Positions 46,346-57,807 of a stretch of DNA of 64,000 nucleotides are shown piece by piece; position 1 is the first letter of the stretch; the number at the start of each line of letters is the position of its first letter. This DNA comes from Armatimonadota bacterium (GTDB taxonomy: Bacteria > Armatimonadota > Zipacnadia > Zipacnadales > UBA11051), in assembly GCA_013178155.1 (NCBI GenBank), contig JABLXH010000009.1, positions 8,548 to 72,547 of the forward strand, given 5' to 3'. Made by a program: the position numbers and the translations under genes. The notes below the pieces were generated by a model. The model had not been told where the DNA came from and made no database searches. It saw only the letters and a program-made list of their open reading frames with translations.

Positions 46346-47515
46346 ATGACGGATGACCGCGAGCGTGCCGAGACCTATTTCGCCCCGGCGGAGCGGGCTC
46401 CACGGGACGAACTGGAGGCCGCGCGCCGGGCTTTGCTGGCCGATCCGCTGGCGATGGCCTTGCTGGACTCGATCCCGGATCTGGCGATGGTGCTGAACCA
46501 TCAGCGGCAGATCGTGGTAGTCAATCACCGGGTCCTCGAGGCCCTCGGGGTCGACTCAGCCACCGAGGTCCTCGGCTTGCGCCCCGGCGAACTGGTGGAC
46601 TGCATTCACGCCGAGGAGGGACCTGGTGGGTGTGGCACCAGCCGCAACTGCGATGTGTGCCCGGCCGTGAACACCATCCTTCGCTGCATTGAGACTGGCG
46701 AGACGGTAGCCGACGAGTGTCGCATCCGCACCGGCCGTGAGACCGATGGCGGGGCGCTGGACCTGTATGTGGTGGCAACGCCCTTGCGCGCCCGGGATCT
46801 GCCTCTGATTGCGCTTACCATGCGCGATATCAGCGCCGAGAAGCGCCGGGGCGTCCTGGAGCGAACCTTCTTCCACGATGTGCTGAACACAGTGGCCGCA
46901 CTGCGAGCCGTCTCGGAACTGCTGGACTACTCAGCCGGCGATCCGGAAGAGGAAGAGGAGTTCAAACGAGACCTGCGGCGCATTGGCCTGCAACTCAGCG
47001 ATGAGATCGTGGCCCAGCGGCAGCTTCTGGCGGCCGAGCGGGGCGAGCTCAAACTGCAGCGGGCCATCGCTCCGGTGGGAGAGGTGCTGGGCTCTGTCTT
47101 TGAGCTGTACCGCCACCACACCCTGGCCCGGGGCCGCACTCTGTCGGTCGGACGGGTGCCTGACGTTGACCTGGAGACAGACCTGACGCTGCTGCGCCGC
47201 GTCCTGGGGAACCTGGTCAAGAACGCTCTCGAGGCGACCCCGGAGGGCGGTGAGGTGACGATGGAGGCTCTCGCTGATGGCGATTGGGTGATCTTTGAGG
47301 TCCGCAATCCGGGGGTGATGCCCGAGGAAGTGCAGAAGCAGATCTTTCAGCGGTCCTTCAGCACCAAGGGCGAGCCGGGCCGCGGCATCGGCACCCACAG
47401 CGTCAAGCTCCTGGGCGAGCGCTATCTCGGTGGGAAGGTCAGCTTTGAGAGCGCTGCGCCCGACGGCACGGTCTTCCGGGTTGCATTGCCGCGGGAGTTG
47501 GGAGCGGACTCCTAG
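46346..47515 (+). CDS. Cytoplasmic PAS-type sensor histidine kinase with a Cys-rich insert
   Basis: H box FFHDVLN, N box [12 protein letters not shown], and [12 protein letters not shown]; no TM segment. Confidence 0.85.
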   Translation: MTDDRERAETYFAPAERAPRDELEAARRALLADPLAMALLDSIPDLAMVLNHQRQIVVVNHRVLEALGVDSATEVLGLRPGELVDCIHAEEGPGGCGTSRNCDVCPAVNTILRCIETGETVADECRIRTGRETDGGALDLYVVATPLRARDLPLIALTMRDISAEKRRGVLERTFFHDVLNTVAALRAVSELLDYSAGDPEEEEEFKRDLRRIGLQLSDEIVAQRQLLAAERGELKLQRAIAPVGEVLGSVFELYRHHTLARGRTLSVGRVPDVDLETDLTLLRRVLGNLVKNALEATPEGGEVTMEALADGDWVIFEVRNPGVMPEEVQKQIFQRSFSTKGEPGRGIGTHSVKLLGERYLGGKVSFESAAPDGTVFRVALPRELGADS

Positions 47516-48672
47516 CGCCGCAGGGCCAGTGCCATGCCCATGCCGCCGCCGACGCACAGGGTGGCCAGGCCCAGGTGAGCATCGCGCCGCTCCATCTCAT
47601 GCAGGAGTGACGTCACGATACGGGCCCCCGTCGCCCCGATAGGGTGGCCCAGGGCGATGCCGCTGCCGTTGACGTTGACCACTTCCTCGTTGAGCCCCAG
47701 CTCGCGGATGACGGCCAGGGCTTGCACGGCGAAAGCCTCGTTGAGTTCGACCAGCTCAAAGTCCTGCGGCGAGCAGCCCAGACGGTCGCAGAGCTTGCGG
47801 ACGGCCGGCACTGGCCCGAGCCCCATCACCTCCGGCTCCACTCCCGCCGCCGCGACGGCGGCCACCTCGGCCCGTACTGGCCACCCCATCTCGCGGGCGG
47901 TATCGCCCTCCGCCAGCAGGACAGCCGCCGCGCCGTCGTTGATGCCGGAGGCATTGCCTGCCGTGATGCAGCCATCGGGCTTGAAGGCAGGCTTCAGGCT
48001 GGCGAGGGCTTCCAGCGAGGTCTGGCGCGGGTGCTCGTCCACGGCCAGTGGCTCGTCCCGGTGACGCGGAACCGGCACGATCTCGGCACTGAAGGTCCCG
48101 GCAGCGAGGGCAGCCAGCGCCCGCTCCTGGCTGCGCAGCGCCCAGGCATCCATCTCCTGCCGGGTGATGCCGGTGCGCTCGGCGATTCTCTCGGCCGTAA
48201 GGCCCATGCCCAGGCCGGTCACCGAACAGGTCAGCCCGTCCATCACACCGTCCACCAACTCAACGTTCCCCAGCTTGTGCCCCCAGCGCACCTCGCGACT
48301 GAAAAACGGAACGTTACTCATGCTCTCCGTCCCACCGGCCACATAGACCGCGCCTTCGCCCAGCAGGATTCGGTCTCGCGCCTGGGCGATGGCCGCCATT
48401 CCCGAGGCGCAGGCCATGTTGACCGTGTAGGCGGTGACTGTCACCGGTAGTCCAGCGCTGAGCGCCACCTGACGCGCCACATTCATGCCGCTGCCCCCCT
48501 GCAGGACCTGGCCGAGAATCACCTCGTCCACCCGCTCTGGTGGCACGTTGTTGCGCCTCAGCAGGGCGCTGACCACGCATGTGGCCAGGTCGGCGGCAGA
48601 GTGCTCGCGGAGTCCTCCGCCAAAGCGGCCGATGGGGGTGCGCAGCGCGTCAATGATGTAGGCGCGGGCCAT
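47512..48672 (-). CDS. Acetyl-CoA C-acetyltransferase (thiolase)
   Basis: Motifs [36 protein letters not shown] and LCVGGGMG. Confidence 0.95.
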   Translation of the reverse strand: MARAYIIDALRTPIGRFGGGLREHSAADLATCVVSALLRRNNVPPERVDEVILGQVLQGGSGMNVARQVALSAGLPVTVTAYTVNMACASGMAAIAQARDRILLGEGAVYVAGGTESMSNVPFFSREVRWGHKLGNVELVDGVMDGLTCSVTGLGMGLTAERIAERTGITRQEMDAWALRSQERALAALAAGTFSAEIVPVPRHRDEPLAVDEHPRQTSLEALASLKPAFKPDGCITAGNASGINDGAAAVLLAEGDTAREMGWPVRAEVAAVAAAGVEPEVMGLGPVPAVRKLCDRLGCSPQDFELVELNEAFAVQALAVIRELGLNEEVVNVNGSGIALGHPIGATGARIVTSLLHEMERRDAHLGLATLCVGGGMGMALALRR

Positions 48673-48707
48673 GTCCATCACCTCGGTCCTGCTTACCGGC
48701 ACCATGT

Positions 48708-51700
48708 CTACTGCACCAGCCGCACCAGCGCGCACTGCATGCTGTCCAGCCGCAGGTGTAATGTGTCGCCAGCGACAGGGAAGCTTCCACCACTGCGCGC
48801 CTCCCAGGCTCTCACTTCTCCGTCGCGCAGCTCCAACTGCTCACGATCCAAAGCAAGGCGGACGTTCGCGGGGTCGCCGGTCAGGTTTGAGACCACCAGG
48901 AGCGCTCCCTTCGCTGGCCGCACATAGGCACTGCAGTACACGCCTTGGACCTGCGGACGCGCGGCGGTCTGCGACCAGTAGGGCAGCCAGCGGGCGTGGT
49001 CGGTGCCGAAATCGTCAAAGGCTTTCCATACGGCCGACGCCAGCTCCAGATGCTCACCGAGGCCGGAGGCCCGCACATACATGTCGTGTAACAGCACAAA
49101 CGCCAGGCTCTCCTGCATGGTGAAGGGGCGCTTCTCATAGTTCAGGAACTCCGCCCGCAGGCCCCACTGTTTGCCCATGAACTCGGCCCGGAAGCTCTCC
49201 AGCGGCAGCAGCTCCGTGGCCTTCTGCTCCCCAAACTTGTACCCCTCAAACTGCTCCCCATCCCAGTAGCTGTCGCAGAAGGACAGCTCCGGGATGATCA
49301 TATTGCCGGACATGTGCTGGTCCAGGAGAGGCTCCTTGCGCTGCTGGCGGAAGATGGTGTACAACCGCCGCATGAACTCCCGGTTGCGCCAGATGGGGTG
49401 CGTCTTGTGCCATTCGCCATCTCGCAGGTAGCCACAACCGTGGGTGTAGTTGGTGCAACCGAAGCACTCCGTCGTGCCGTCCATGTAGATGCCGTCCAGG
49501 TCATACTCCCGGGCCAGCCGCTCGATGCCGTCCAGCTCAAACTCCATCAGCGGGCTGCGGTTGCACCCGGCATCGAAAGTGCGCTCCGGCTTGCCGCCGC
49601 TCCAGGGGATCAGCGGCCAGACCGTCCACTGGTCATGGTAGACCTGCATCTGCGGCGTGGTTCCTGCCAGGCCGTACCCGAAGTAGACGATGATCTTGAT
49701 GCCGCGGTCATGGCAGGCCTGGATCAGGCTGCGAAGCTTGTCGCCGTAGGGCGTGGTGGGCAGGCCATACTGGTCGGTCCAGGTGTCATGGTAGACTACC
49801 ACCTCGACCCCCTTGGACTTGAGGTAGTCCAGCACGGTGACTGTCTCTGAAGCCCCACCCAGCGCCAGCCCGCCGTCCCGCATGGTGCCCGCCTTCATGA
49901 TGGCGCCACCGCGCTGCGAGCCCCGGGAAGAGAGCCTGGCGGCCGGCAGTGGTCGGCCGTCGGCATCCAGTCCCGCGACGTGGTCCAGCAGCAGCGTGCC
50001 AGGCTTGTCGGGCAGTAGCGCCTGCGCGGCGGGTTGCTCCAGCGCTTCGGCCCGCGACGCCAGTTCTGCGGCAGTGGCCGGTTCGTCAGCGATGCGTAGC
50101 TCGTGCAGGATGAAGCCACTCTGATCGCCGCCGTGGGCCCCGAAGTTGAGCACCTCGCCGGCCATGGAATCCGGCAGCAGGCCCTCGTGCGGGACGGACT
50201 CGGCGGCCAGCTTGCCATCAATGTACATGCGCGTCTTATCGCCCCAGGTGAGGGCGAGGTGGTGGGTCTCGCCGCGCTGCCAGCCCAGGTTGTTGGCCTG
50301 GATGTGCACGGGATACTGCTGGGGGTATGAGGGGCCGATGCCCACATAGAACCACATGCCCTGGCCCACATAGTTCCAGAACCAGGAGAGCATGTTGCCG
50401 TTGGCCGCCCGCAGGGTGAAGAAGGCCTGGTTGTGCTTCCCGCTCACGGCCTCAGCCGGGTCGAAGTCCACGGTGACGATGGCCTCCATCGTCCCCCGGC
50501 GCATGCTGATGTTGCCCGGTGCGGGATAGCGCAGTGACTGGCTCAGGACGTAGGGGGCTGTCTCCATGCCGTAGTAGGCCCCGTGCCACAGGTGTGGAAG
50601 CCGTCGCGGCACCGGCTTGACCGGGGTCGCCTGCAGGCCGAAACGCCACCGCAGCGGCTGTTCCAGAGCCACCGGATGGTCAACCAGGGTGACACGGAGC
50701 ATGACCGCACCATCGGCCCGCCGTACCAGGATGGCCCGGGAGGGGTCTTGGAGCCGGAACGGCTCGTCGGTCTCCGCAAACCAGGCCAGCCCGCGCTCCT
50801 CGTCGCCCAGCCAGACATACGGGTAGAACGCTCGCGCCCACTCCCAGTCGGAGCCTGTGCCGACGGCAGCCGCGTAGGAGTCCGCCCAGTTGGCCTTGGC
50901 GGCGTGGATGTACCGGGCGTGCTCGGGCTTGAGCGGGATCTCCAGCGCCAGGGAGTCCAGGGTCTGGCCGGCGGCGTCGATGGTCAGGTCGGTGGTCAGG
51001 CAGCCGTCGTACTCCACCAGTGTTGCAGTCGAGAGCGTGAGCTTGCCGTCCGCCGCTTTCGCCGTCCAGGTGGCGCACGTCGGGGAGGCCCCCGAGAGCC
51101 GCCCCCCGGTCGGTGTCAGGTCCAGCGGCTTCCCGTCCACGGAGCCGACCAGCCGCACGGGCCCGGACAGCATCTGCCGGGCCTGACTGCGAACCGCCTG
51201 GGGCAGCGGCGACCGCCCGAATAGGTACTCGCGGCCCCAGCAGGCAAACCGTCCGGCCCCGGAGCGCAGCGGTGTGAAAGGCTCCAGCACCTGGTCTGAC
51301 AGCCCCGCGCGCGTGTCGAAGTAGTCAGCGACGGGCGTCACGGTGAAGGTGTCGGCGGCAGTTGAGAGCGTTTCACCGCCGGCGCGCAGAGTGCCGATAA
51401 GCGTGTAATCGCCGGGGCCGCCGCTCAGCGGCAGACGCGCCACGGCGGTTCCGCCGGTAAGCTTTAGCGAAGTGGGTTCGCTCCACTGCAGGTCAACCAC
51501 CAGATCATTGCGGTCGCTCAGCGATGGATCTACCGAGGCCCGCGCGTCCACGGTGCGGCCGAAGGCCCAGTTGGCGGCGATGAGGTGCAGCAACCCGGCA
51601 CGGGTCAACCGAAGGTGCTGGCTGTAGAGCACCTCCGCGCCGGAGGAGATGTCAAGCTGGACCGCGTAGGAGCCGCCCAGTCCGAGCGGGATGCTCCGCT

Positions 51701-52547
51701 CGACGCGCCAAGGCTGCCCGGATTCAACGACAGCCTCTTCCTCCATGGTCGCCGCGGTTGCCGCACCCACCCGGGCATCCAACCGGAAGCGGAAGGGTGT
51801 CCTGGTCGCCGCCCGGACCCCCAGGGGAACCCGCCACTGCGCCGCGTCCGGCTTGCTGAGCGGTCCTACCTGGGCCGCCACACCGCGCCCGAAGATGAGC
51901 GTCCCGAAGCGTTCGGGCGACTCGAAGCGGTTTCCGGTGTCGGCCCACGAGCTGACTTCGCGGCCGGCGCTGGCGGCGTCAAGGCAGAAGGTCGCGCCCC
52001 AGCGGTCGCCTTCTCGTGGGGCGGTGACACCCAGCGAAGCGAAGGGAAGCGCGACCTCGACTGTCCAACTCCCATCGCCACTGGCGGCCTTCACCTGCAG
52101 ATCCGCCTCGAAGCCGGCGTCGCTGCCCCTGGCGTCATACAGTGACCCGACGCAGTTGACAATGAAATGGTAGAAGCGCGTGCGGGTCTGTCCCGGGTCC
52201 AGAAGGAATTCCACCGCGTCATCCTGCCAGACCTGGCCGTCGCGAGGACGCTCCTCGCCCCGGGGCAGGGCTTTGTTGCCGTAGTAGGCCGTGAACCCGA
52301 GGCACAGGGCCTGGTCGTCGTAGATAAGGCGCGCAGTCGCGGGCACCGAAGCCAGAGTGCCCTTGCCGGCGACCGTAAATCCGCTCACCTGCGCCGCGGT
52401 CCCCCAGATCGCGTCGTCCAGCCGGCCATCAATGACCGGCACGGACACTGCGCGCGGGACAGTGACGGTCGGTGGTGGAAGCTGAGCGGAGGCCGCGCTT
52501 CCCATGAGCAGAGCAACGGCAGTCAGCCAACCAGCACACCTGGTCAC
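48708..52547 (-). CDS. Large secreted glycoside hydrolase-like protein: CBM9-like + DUF6067-like barrel with an inserted LamG domain
   Basis: [12 protein letters not shown] and [12 protein letters not shown] (CBM9-like); RGLAWFAE and [10 protein letters not shown]; HHLALTW..MYIDGK (LamG); LDGIYMDG. Confidence 0.65.
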   Translation of the reverse strand: MTRCAGWLTAVALLMGSAASAQLPPPTVTVPRAVSVPVIDGRLDDAIWGTAAQVSGFTVAGKGTLASVPATARLIYDDQALCLGFTAYYGNKALPRGEERPRDGQVWQDDAVEFLLDPGQTRTRFYHFIVNCVGSLYDARGSDAGFEADLQVKAASGDGSWTVEVALPFASLGVTAPREGDRWGATFCLDAASAGREVSSWADTGNRFESPERFGTLIFGRGVAAQVGPLSKPDAAQWRVPLGVRAATRTPFRFRLDARVGAATAATMEEEAVVESGQPWRVERSIPLGLGGSYAVQLDISSGAEVLYSQHLRLTRAGLLHLIAANWAFGRTVDARASVDPSLSDRNDLVVDLQWSEPTSLKLTGGTAVARLPLSGGPGDYTLIGTLRAGGETLSTAADTFTVTPVADYFDTRAGLSDQVLEPFTPLRSGAGRFACWGREYLFGRSPLPQAVRSQARQMLSGPVRLVGSVDGKPLDLTPTGGRLSGASPTCATWTAKAADGKLTLSTATLVEYDGCLTTDLTIDAAGQTLDSLALEIPLKPEHARYIHAAKANWADSYAAAVGTGSDWEWARAFYPYVWLGDEERGLAWFAETDEPFRLQDPSRAILVRRADGAVMLRVTLVDHPVALEQPLRWRFGLQATPVKPVPRRLPHLWHGAYYGMETAPYVLSQSLRYPAPGNISMRRGTMEAIVTVDFDPAEAVSGKHNQAFFTLRAANGNMLSWFWNYVGQGMWFYVGIGPSYPQQYPVHIQANNLGWQRGETHHLALTWGDKTRMYIDGKLAAESVPHEGLLPDSMAGEVLNFGAHGGDQSGFILHELRIADEPATAAELASRAEALEQPAAQALLPDKPGTLLLDHVAGLDADGRPLPAARLSSRGSQRGGAIMKAGTMRDGGLALGGASETVTVLDYLKSKGVEVVVYHDTWTDQYGLPTTPYGDKLRSLIQACHDRGIKIIVYFGYGLAGTTPQMQVYHDQWTVWPLIPWSGGKPERTFDAGCNRSPLMEFELDGIERLAREYDLDGIYMDGTTECFGCTNYTHGCGYLRDGEWHKTHPIWRNREFMRRLYTIFRQQRKEPLLDQHMSGNMIIPELSFCDSYWDGEQFEGYKFGEQKATELLPLESFRAEFMGKQWGLRAEFLNYEKRPFTMQESLAFVLLHDMYVRASGLGEHLELASAVWKAFDDFGTDHARWLPYWSQTAARPQVQGVYCSAYVRPAKGALLVVSNLTGDPANVRLALDREQLELRDGEVRAWEARSGGSFPVAGDTLHLRLDSMQCALVRLVQ

Positions 52548-52550
52548 AGG

Positions 52551-53927
52551 TCATCCCTCCTCTTGGGCTACGCCCAGCACTGCCATTGCTTCACCCACCA
52601 CGTAGAACGACCCGGTGACGAGGATGCAGTCACGCGGCCCGGCCAGTTCCAGCGCCCGCGCCAGGGCCGCAGCCGTGCTATCATGGCGCTCACTGGCCCG
52701 CCAGAACCCCAGGGTGAGGCGCTGCAGGTCCACCGCCGGCAGGGCACGGCTCAGGCCGGCCTGGGTCAAGAGGGCCACGTCCACCAGCAGGGCCAGCGCC
52801 GCACAGAAACGGAAGGCGTCCTTCTCGGCCGAAAGGCCTATGACGGCGATCAGGCGGTCGTACTCGACAGTCCCCGGCAGAGCCCGGGCCAATGCCCGTG
52901 CCGCGGGACCGTTGTGCGCGGCGTCCAGGATGACCCAGGGGCGCGCCCGGACGATCTGCAGCCGGCCGGGCCAGCGGGTGGCGGCCACGCCAGCGCGGAT
53001 CTGCTCGTCGGTGATGCTGTAGCCGGCCTCGCGCAGCAGCTCGATAAGCCCCAGCGCCACAGCCAGGTTCCCGGCCTGGTGGTCGCCCAGCAGTGGCAGG
53101 TCCACGGTCAGGGGCCCGGCGGCCATCTGCACGGTCACCTGCTGGCAGGGGCGGGGCAGTTCCGCGGCGGTGTCCGGCACGGCCAGCCTCCTCGGCGGCA
53201 CGTTGCTCAGCACCGCCGGCGCCGGACGCAGGGGCGCGCCGAGGGTTGCGGCCACCTCGCGCAGCACGGCCGCGGCCGCAGGCTCCTGGGGAGCGTAGAC
53301 GGCCGGGACGCCCGGCTTCAGAATCCCGGCCTTCTCTGTGGCGATCTGCTGGATGGTATCACCCAGTATCTCGGTGTGGTCGAGACCGAGAGTCGTGATG
53401 GCGCAGGCGATAGGCTCGCAGGTGTTGGTGGCATCCAGGCGGCCACCGAGACCCGTCTCCAGGACGGCCAAGTCCGTGCCCCGCGCATGGAACCACAGGT
53501 ACGCCATGGCCGTGTAGGCCTCAAAGAAGGTGGCGGGATTCAGCTTCCCCTCGGCCCGTAGGTCCTCAATGGCGGGGCTGATCTGACGCACGAGGTCGGT
53601 AATCTCCGCCTCCAAGGCCATGTGCCCGTCAGCACGGAGACGTTCGCGGAAAGACACCAGGTGCGGCGAGGTGAACAGCCCGGTGCGATACCCGGCCGTG
53701 CGGACGATGCTCTCGACCAGCGCGGCCACCGAGCCCTTGCCCTTGGTCCCGGCGATGTGCACACAGGGCAACCCCCGCTGCGGGTTGCCCAGCCGGTCCA
53801 GCAGCGCCCGGATGGAATCCAGGCTCACCGTGTCGGCGAAATGCCGGCGGAAGCCCAGCTTCTCGAAGTCCACGAGGGACTCGAGGTAGGCGACGGCATC
53901 GGCGTAGGTGGTGATGGGCCCGGTCAT
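52551..53927 (-). CDS. folC: Dihydrofolate synthase / folylpolyglutamate synthase
   Basis: Motifs HIAGTKGKGS, FTSPHL, ETGLGGRLDATN, DHTEILG, EKAGI, WPGRLQ, LDAAHN and TGSFYVVG. Confidence 0.95.
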   Translation of the reverse strand: MTGPITTYADAVAYLESLVDFEKLGFRRHFADTVSLDSIRALLDRLGNPQRGLPCVHIAGTKGKGSVAALVESIVRTAGYRTGLFTSPHLVSFRERLRADGHMALEAEITDLVRQISPAIEDLRAEGKLNPATFFEAYTAMAYLWFHARGTDLAVLETGLGGRLDATNTCEPIACAITTLGLDHTEILGDTIQQIATEKAGILKPGVPAVYAPQEPAAAAVLREVAATLGAPLRPAPAVLSNVPPRRLAVPDTAAELPRPCQQVTVQMAAGPLTVDLPLLGDHQAGNLAVALGLIELLREAGYSITDEQIRAGVAATRWPGRLQIVRARPWVILDAAHNGPAARALARALPGTVEYDRLIAVIGLSAEKDAFRFCAALALLVDVALLTQAGLSRALPAVDLQRLTLGFWRASERHDSTAAALARALELAGPRDCILVTGSFYVVGEAMAVLGVAQEEG

Positions 53928-53954
53928 CCGCGAGTACCGTCCTGACGGGCGGCG

Positions 53955-55103
53955 CTAGACCTCCGGCACGGTCTCCCACTGACCGCTGGCGGCGCTGGCG
54001 CGGACAGCGGCGTCCAGGGCCTGGGTGCGCGCACCGTCGTACAGCGTGGCCGTGCCCAGGCGGCTCTCAGCCAGGGCGCTCAGGAAGTCGTAGATGCAAT
54101 GGGCATGGAAGCGCATCCAGCCGACCGGCAGCTTCGGCGATGGGAGGACACTGGGGGCGGGGTACCGCTGGACGCACTCGATCTGGGTCCAGCCCCGCCG
54201 CCCGCCCAGGTCGCCCTCGGGTACGGTGGCGTCGTAGGCGTAGAGGAAGTTGTTATCCATCATGTCAAACTTCAGTGCACCCTTCTCGCCGAAGACCTCG
54301 AAGGTCAGGCCGTCCTGGGTGCCGGTGGCGAAGCGCGAGGCCTCGATGAACCCCAGCGCGCCGCACTGCATGCGGGCCTGGAGGCACACGTAGTCATCCA
54401 CCTCCACCGGCACCAGTTCCGCCGAGCCCTTGGCTGCCGGGCGCTGCTTGATGAACACCTCTGTGCTGGCACGGACTGCCGCGTAGTCGCCCAGCAAGTA
54501 ACCCATCAGGTCCAGGATGTGGCTACCCAGGTCGCTGAGCGCGCCACCGCCGGCCTCCTTGCTCAGTCGCCACGACAAAGGCCGGTCCGGGTCGGTGTAA
54601 CCGGCGTGCCAGTACGTGGCCCGGAAGTGGTAGACCTGGCCCAGGAAGCCCTCCTGGACGAGCTGCCGCGCCCGGAGCACCGCCGGGATGAAGCGGCAGT
54701 GGAAAGCCATGCCATGGCCCAGTTGCGGGCGCGCCCGTGCGGCGGCGGCAATCGCCCGGGCGCTCTCCAGGCTCGTGGTCAGCGGCTTGTCGCAGTAGAC
54801 GTGCTTCCCCGCCTCTAGGGCCTGGATGACCTGGTTGTGGTGCAGGTGGTTAGGTGTTGCGATGTCAATGATGTGGATGTCATCGCGCTCCAGCAAGCTT
54901 TGGAAGCTGGTGGTGCCGAACTCGAAACCACCCTTGGCCCGGGCCGCCTCGGCGGTTTCCGGCTTGCTGGTGCAGACGCCCACCAGCTTCACCTCGGCCG
55001 GGGCGGGATCGTAGTACAGGGGCAGGTTGCGGTAGCCATAGGCGTGGACCTTACCGATGAAGCCGAAACCGACGATGCCGATGCCATAGGTGGGCATGGT
55101 CAT
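53955..55103 (-). CDS. Gfo/Idh/MocA family oxidoreductase (start at 55103 or 55097)
   Basis: Motifs IGIVGFGFIG, IATPNHLH, KHVYCDKPL and GGALSDLGSHILD. Confidence 0.92.
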   Translation of the reverse strand: MTMPTYGIGIVGFGFIGKVHAYGYRNLPLYYDPAPAEVKLVGVCTSKPETAEAARAKGGFEFGTTSFQSLLERDDIHIIDIATPNHLHHNQVIQALEAGKHVYCDKPLTTSLESARAIAAAARARPQLGHGMAFHCRFIPAVLRARQLVQEGFLGQVYHFRATYWHAGYTDPDRPLSWRLSKEAGGGALSDLGSHILDLMGYLLGDYAAVRASTEVFIKQRPAAKGSAELVPVEVDDYVCLQARMQCGALGFIEASRFATGTQDGLTFEVFGEKGALKFDMMDNNFLYAYDATVPEGDLGGRRGWTQIECVQRYPAPSVLPSPKLPVGWMRFHAHCIYDFLSALAESRLGTATLYDGARTQALDAAVRASAASGQWETVPEV

Positions 55104-55111
55104 ATTCACCT

Positions 55112-55173
55112 CGCGTGGGTCGGGCATCCCTGCCCGACAACGGCTTGTCAGGCAAAGATGCCTGACCTACGCG
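55112..55173. repeat. REPIN-like element: two GTRG REPs in inverted orientation
   Basis: GTGG-GTCGGGCA-TCCC-TGCCCGAC on + (55115-55138) and GTAG-GTCAGGCA-TCTT-TGCCTGAC on - (55170-55147), flanked by CGCG/CGCG. Confidence 0.75.
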
Positions 55174-55186
55174 GCCAGTATGCGGC

Positions 55187-56176
55187 CTAGTACCCGTCCG
55201 CCGCCCAGAAGCAGTAGGCCCGGTCGCGCAGGAAGCGCTTCATGCTCTCGGTGTCACTGATCTCCGGGAACTCGCCGCCACCGGGGCCGATGTATCGCCA
55301 GAGCCCTTTGTAGGCCTCGCTTAGCGTAATCCCGCCCTGAACCTCCGCGGCACGGCGGACATGGGAGACCTCGCGGAGGAGCTGGATCAGCTCCGGTGTG
55401 GCCAGAGGGAAATGCACCGGCTGGCCCTCCCAGCGGCGCAGGAGGCAGGCGACGACATCATGGGCCCGATCCACCCAGGCCACCTCCCGCAGGCGGCAAT
55501 CCTCGCCACTGAAGTAGCCCACCGGCTGGCCGTCAGCCTCCACCAGGTAGTACGGGTGCAGCGTGCCCCATTGCGGGGCCAGGGCTACCTGTTTCCAGTA
55601 AGCCTCGTTGCGGACCACCGGCCCGGTGAGGCCGGCGTCGAACTGCTCATACATCCGTGTCAATGTCGTGGCGTCAGCCTCGGGGTCGGCGCGGCGGATG
55701 GTGAGGTTCGAGCCGAACTCGTCCCGCACGCGCAGTTCGGCGGTGCAGGTGAAGCTGGTGAGCACGGTCCAGCCGCTGCCGCCGTAGACCTCCTCGCGCC
55801 CGAAGAGCGAGGACCAGTGGAAGCCCTTCGCCAGCATCCACTCAATGCATTCGGCGAGAACTTGGCGCACCAGCCCCCGACGGCGGAAGTCGGGGTGGGT
55901 GCAGACGCTGCCGATGCAGCTCACCCGCGCCCGGCGGCCATCCCCCACGTACACCCAGCGATCGAAGTTCGTGACGCTGGCGACCATGCGGCCGTCCAGA
56001 AACAGCACACGGGTGACGTCCGGGTCGTAGTAGGGGTCGGCGCGGACTGACTTGAGCCACCACTGCGGGTCGGCCAGACCGGACTTGCCTTCGGCATACT
56101 CCAGGTACGACAGGTAGACCAGCTCGGCGTGCGCTTCCATCTCGCTCTCGCGCAGGCCGCGGATCTCGGTGCCCAT
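55187..56176 (-). CDS. GNAT family N-acetyltransferase (Eis-like)
   Basis: IGSVCTHPDFRRRGL acetyl-CoA motif, SSLFG..EVYGGSGW, and a second degenerate GNAT half. Confidence 0.8.
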   Translation of the reverse strand: MGTEIRGLRESEMEAHAELVYLSYLEYAEGKSGLADPQWWLKSVRADPYYDPDVTRVLFLDGRMVASVTNFDRWVYVGDGRRARVSCIGSVCTHPDFRRRGLVRQVLAECIEWMLAKGFHWSSLFGREEVYGGSGWTVLTSFTCTAELRVRDEFGSNLTIRRADPEADATTLTRMYEQFDAGLTGPVVRNEAYWKQVALAPQWGTLHPYYLVEADGQPVGYFSGEDCRLREVAWVDRAHDVVACLLRRWEGQPVHFPLATPELIQLLREVSHVRRAAEVQGGITLSEAYKGLWRYIGPGGGEFPEISDTESMKRFLRDRAYCFWAADGY

Positions 56177-56270
56177 CAGGGTCTCCTTCCCGACGATAGG
56201 GGAGGCAGGTTCGCGGCGCGGGAAGGCGAATCCTCCGCCACAGGCTGGGCCGCGGCCGGGAGGTCGTCCC

Positions 56271-56714
56271 ATGGCGATGACCGAAGTCAAGATACGGACC
56301 TTGCAGCCCGAGGACGTGACGACCTGTGCACGCCTCTACGTCGCGGCCTACCAGGCGCCGCCCTATGACGGCTGTTTCGACGAGAACCTGGCGCGGGCGA
56401 TCCTGACCGAGATGCGGCAGCGGTCGCCGGAGACCTGCTTCGTCGCCCAAGTGGGCGAGACGGTGGTCGGCTTCATTCTCTGCAGCACCCTGGCCGGCGT
56501 GCGCGCAACCATCGAGGAGTTCGCCGTGGACCCGGCCTACCAGGGGCTCGGCATCGGACGGAGACTGCTTGAGCATGTCTGCAACCTGTTCCGACAGTCG
56601 CACTACGCCACCGTTGAGCTGATCGTGGACCGCCTGGCCCCTGTTCACTCGATGTACAGGCGCTTCGGCTTTACCGAGAGCGACCGCTATCGCCTGATGT
56701 CGCTGGAACTGTAA
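56271..56714 (+). CDS. GNAT family N-acetyltransferase
   Basis: IEEFAVDPAYQGLGIGRRLL and MYRRFGF; RBS GGGAGG. Confidence 0.88.
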   Translation: MAMTEVKIRTLQPEDVTTCARLYVAAYQAPPYDGCFDENLARAILTEMRQRSPETCFVAQVGETVVGFILCSTLAGVRATIEEFAVDPAYQGLGIGRRLLEHVCNLFRQSHYATVELIVDRLAPVHSMYRRFGFTESDRYRLMSLEL

Positions 56715-56760
56715 CGGAACGCCGCACTGCCGTTGGAGGCCGTTCCGGGAGGCATGATTG

Positions 56761-57735
56761 ATGTTGTACCGCAACGAGCTGCGCAAGCTGGACAACCCGC
56801 CGCCGCTGCTGGCGGACTATCCTGGGTTTGTGGAGCCCATGCCGTGCGATGACCGCTACCTGGCGCCGCCGGTGGTGGATGAGCCCGACGCCGACCTGTT
56901 GGTCCGCGCCTGGCGTTTCTGGTACAACGCGCGCGGCATTGTGGAGATGGAGAACCGCCTGCAGGGCAAGGCGACCGCGATCGTGATGGTCCATCCGTGG
57001 GGCATAGACGACGGCTGGGGCATGGAGACGCCGGAGCCTGCGGGCCTGGCCTTCTTCTGTGTCCGGTACAAGAACGAGTTCTGCGGCGCCCACATCCGCA
57101 CCGTGGTCAACCCCTTCGTACGGCGACTGCGCCCGCATGTGGCGCTGGTAGGCTGCTCGATGCCCCTGGTGGAGGACCCCATCCGCAAGCTCATGTACGC
57201 CTCGATCAACACGCCCCCGGAGGCCCTCAACCGGGCCGAAGGCGAGCGGCAGATGCAGGCCCTGCTGCGCAGCCACGACTTCACCGGCAAGCCGCTGGTG
57301 TCGGAGTTCGAGCTGGACCCGGACTTGCCACCGGCCCGCGCCTACATGCTGCAAACGCCTTCCACCGACGCCTACCACGGCTACAACGGCGAGGGGTACT
57401 GGGAGCTGCCCATGCCAGTGCATCGCGACCTGGACTGGGCCCCGACGGATCGCGTCTTCTATGATGGCGAGGGCTACCCCAAGGTGCGCGACTACCTCAA
57501 GCGCCTCGGCATCCGCCATGTGCTGCTGACCGGCTATGCCACGGACATGTGCCTGAAGTCCACGACCTGCGGCTATGAGAACATGTGCCAGGACTTCAAC
57601 GTTTTCATCGTCGGTGACGCCACCATGGCCACCTATCCTGGCGTCACCACCCCTCGCTTTGCGACCCAGGTGGCGCTGCACAATGCGGCACTATGGCAGC
57701 TCGTGACCCAGGTCAACTGGGTGCGACTGGCCTGA
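56761..57735 (+). CDS. Isochorismatase-like cysteine hydrolase
   Basis: LGIRHVLLTGYATDMC and VGDAT; no signal peptide. Confidence 0.7.
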   Translation: MLYRNELRKLDNPPPLLADYPGFVEPMPCDDRYLAPPVVDEPDADLLVRAWRFWYNARGIVEMENRLQGKATAIVMVHPWGIDDGWGMETPEPAGLAFFCVRYKNEFCGAHIRTVVNPFVRRLRPHVALVGCSMPLVEDPIRKLMYASINTPPEALNRAEGERQMQALLRSHDFTGKPLVSEFELDPDLPPARAYMLQTPSTDAYHGYNGEGYWELPMPVHRDLDWAPTDRVFYDGEGYPKVRDYLKRLGIRHVLLTGYATDMCLKSTTCGYENMCQDFNVFIVGDATMATYPGVTTPRFATQVALHNAALWQLVTQVNWVRLA

Positions 57736-57807
57736 ATCATTGCCCCGCCGCAGGGACAGCCGGGGCGGACCTCAACGTCCGTCCTGACTGCCCGGGAGGT
57801 CCAAGAC

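Noticed and set aside
55104-55127. N-terminal extension MPDPREVN of the Gfo/Idh/MocA ORF
   Set aside because: That ATG lies inside the REP element; the RBS GAGGTG points to a start at 55103 or 55097.
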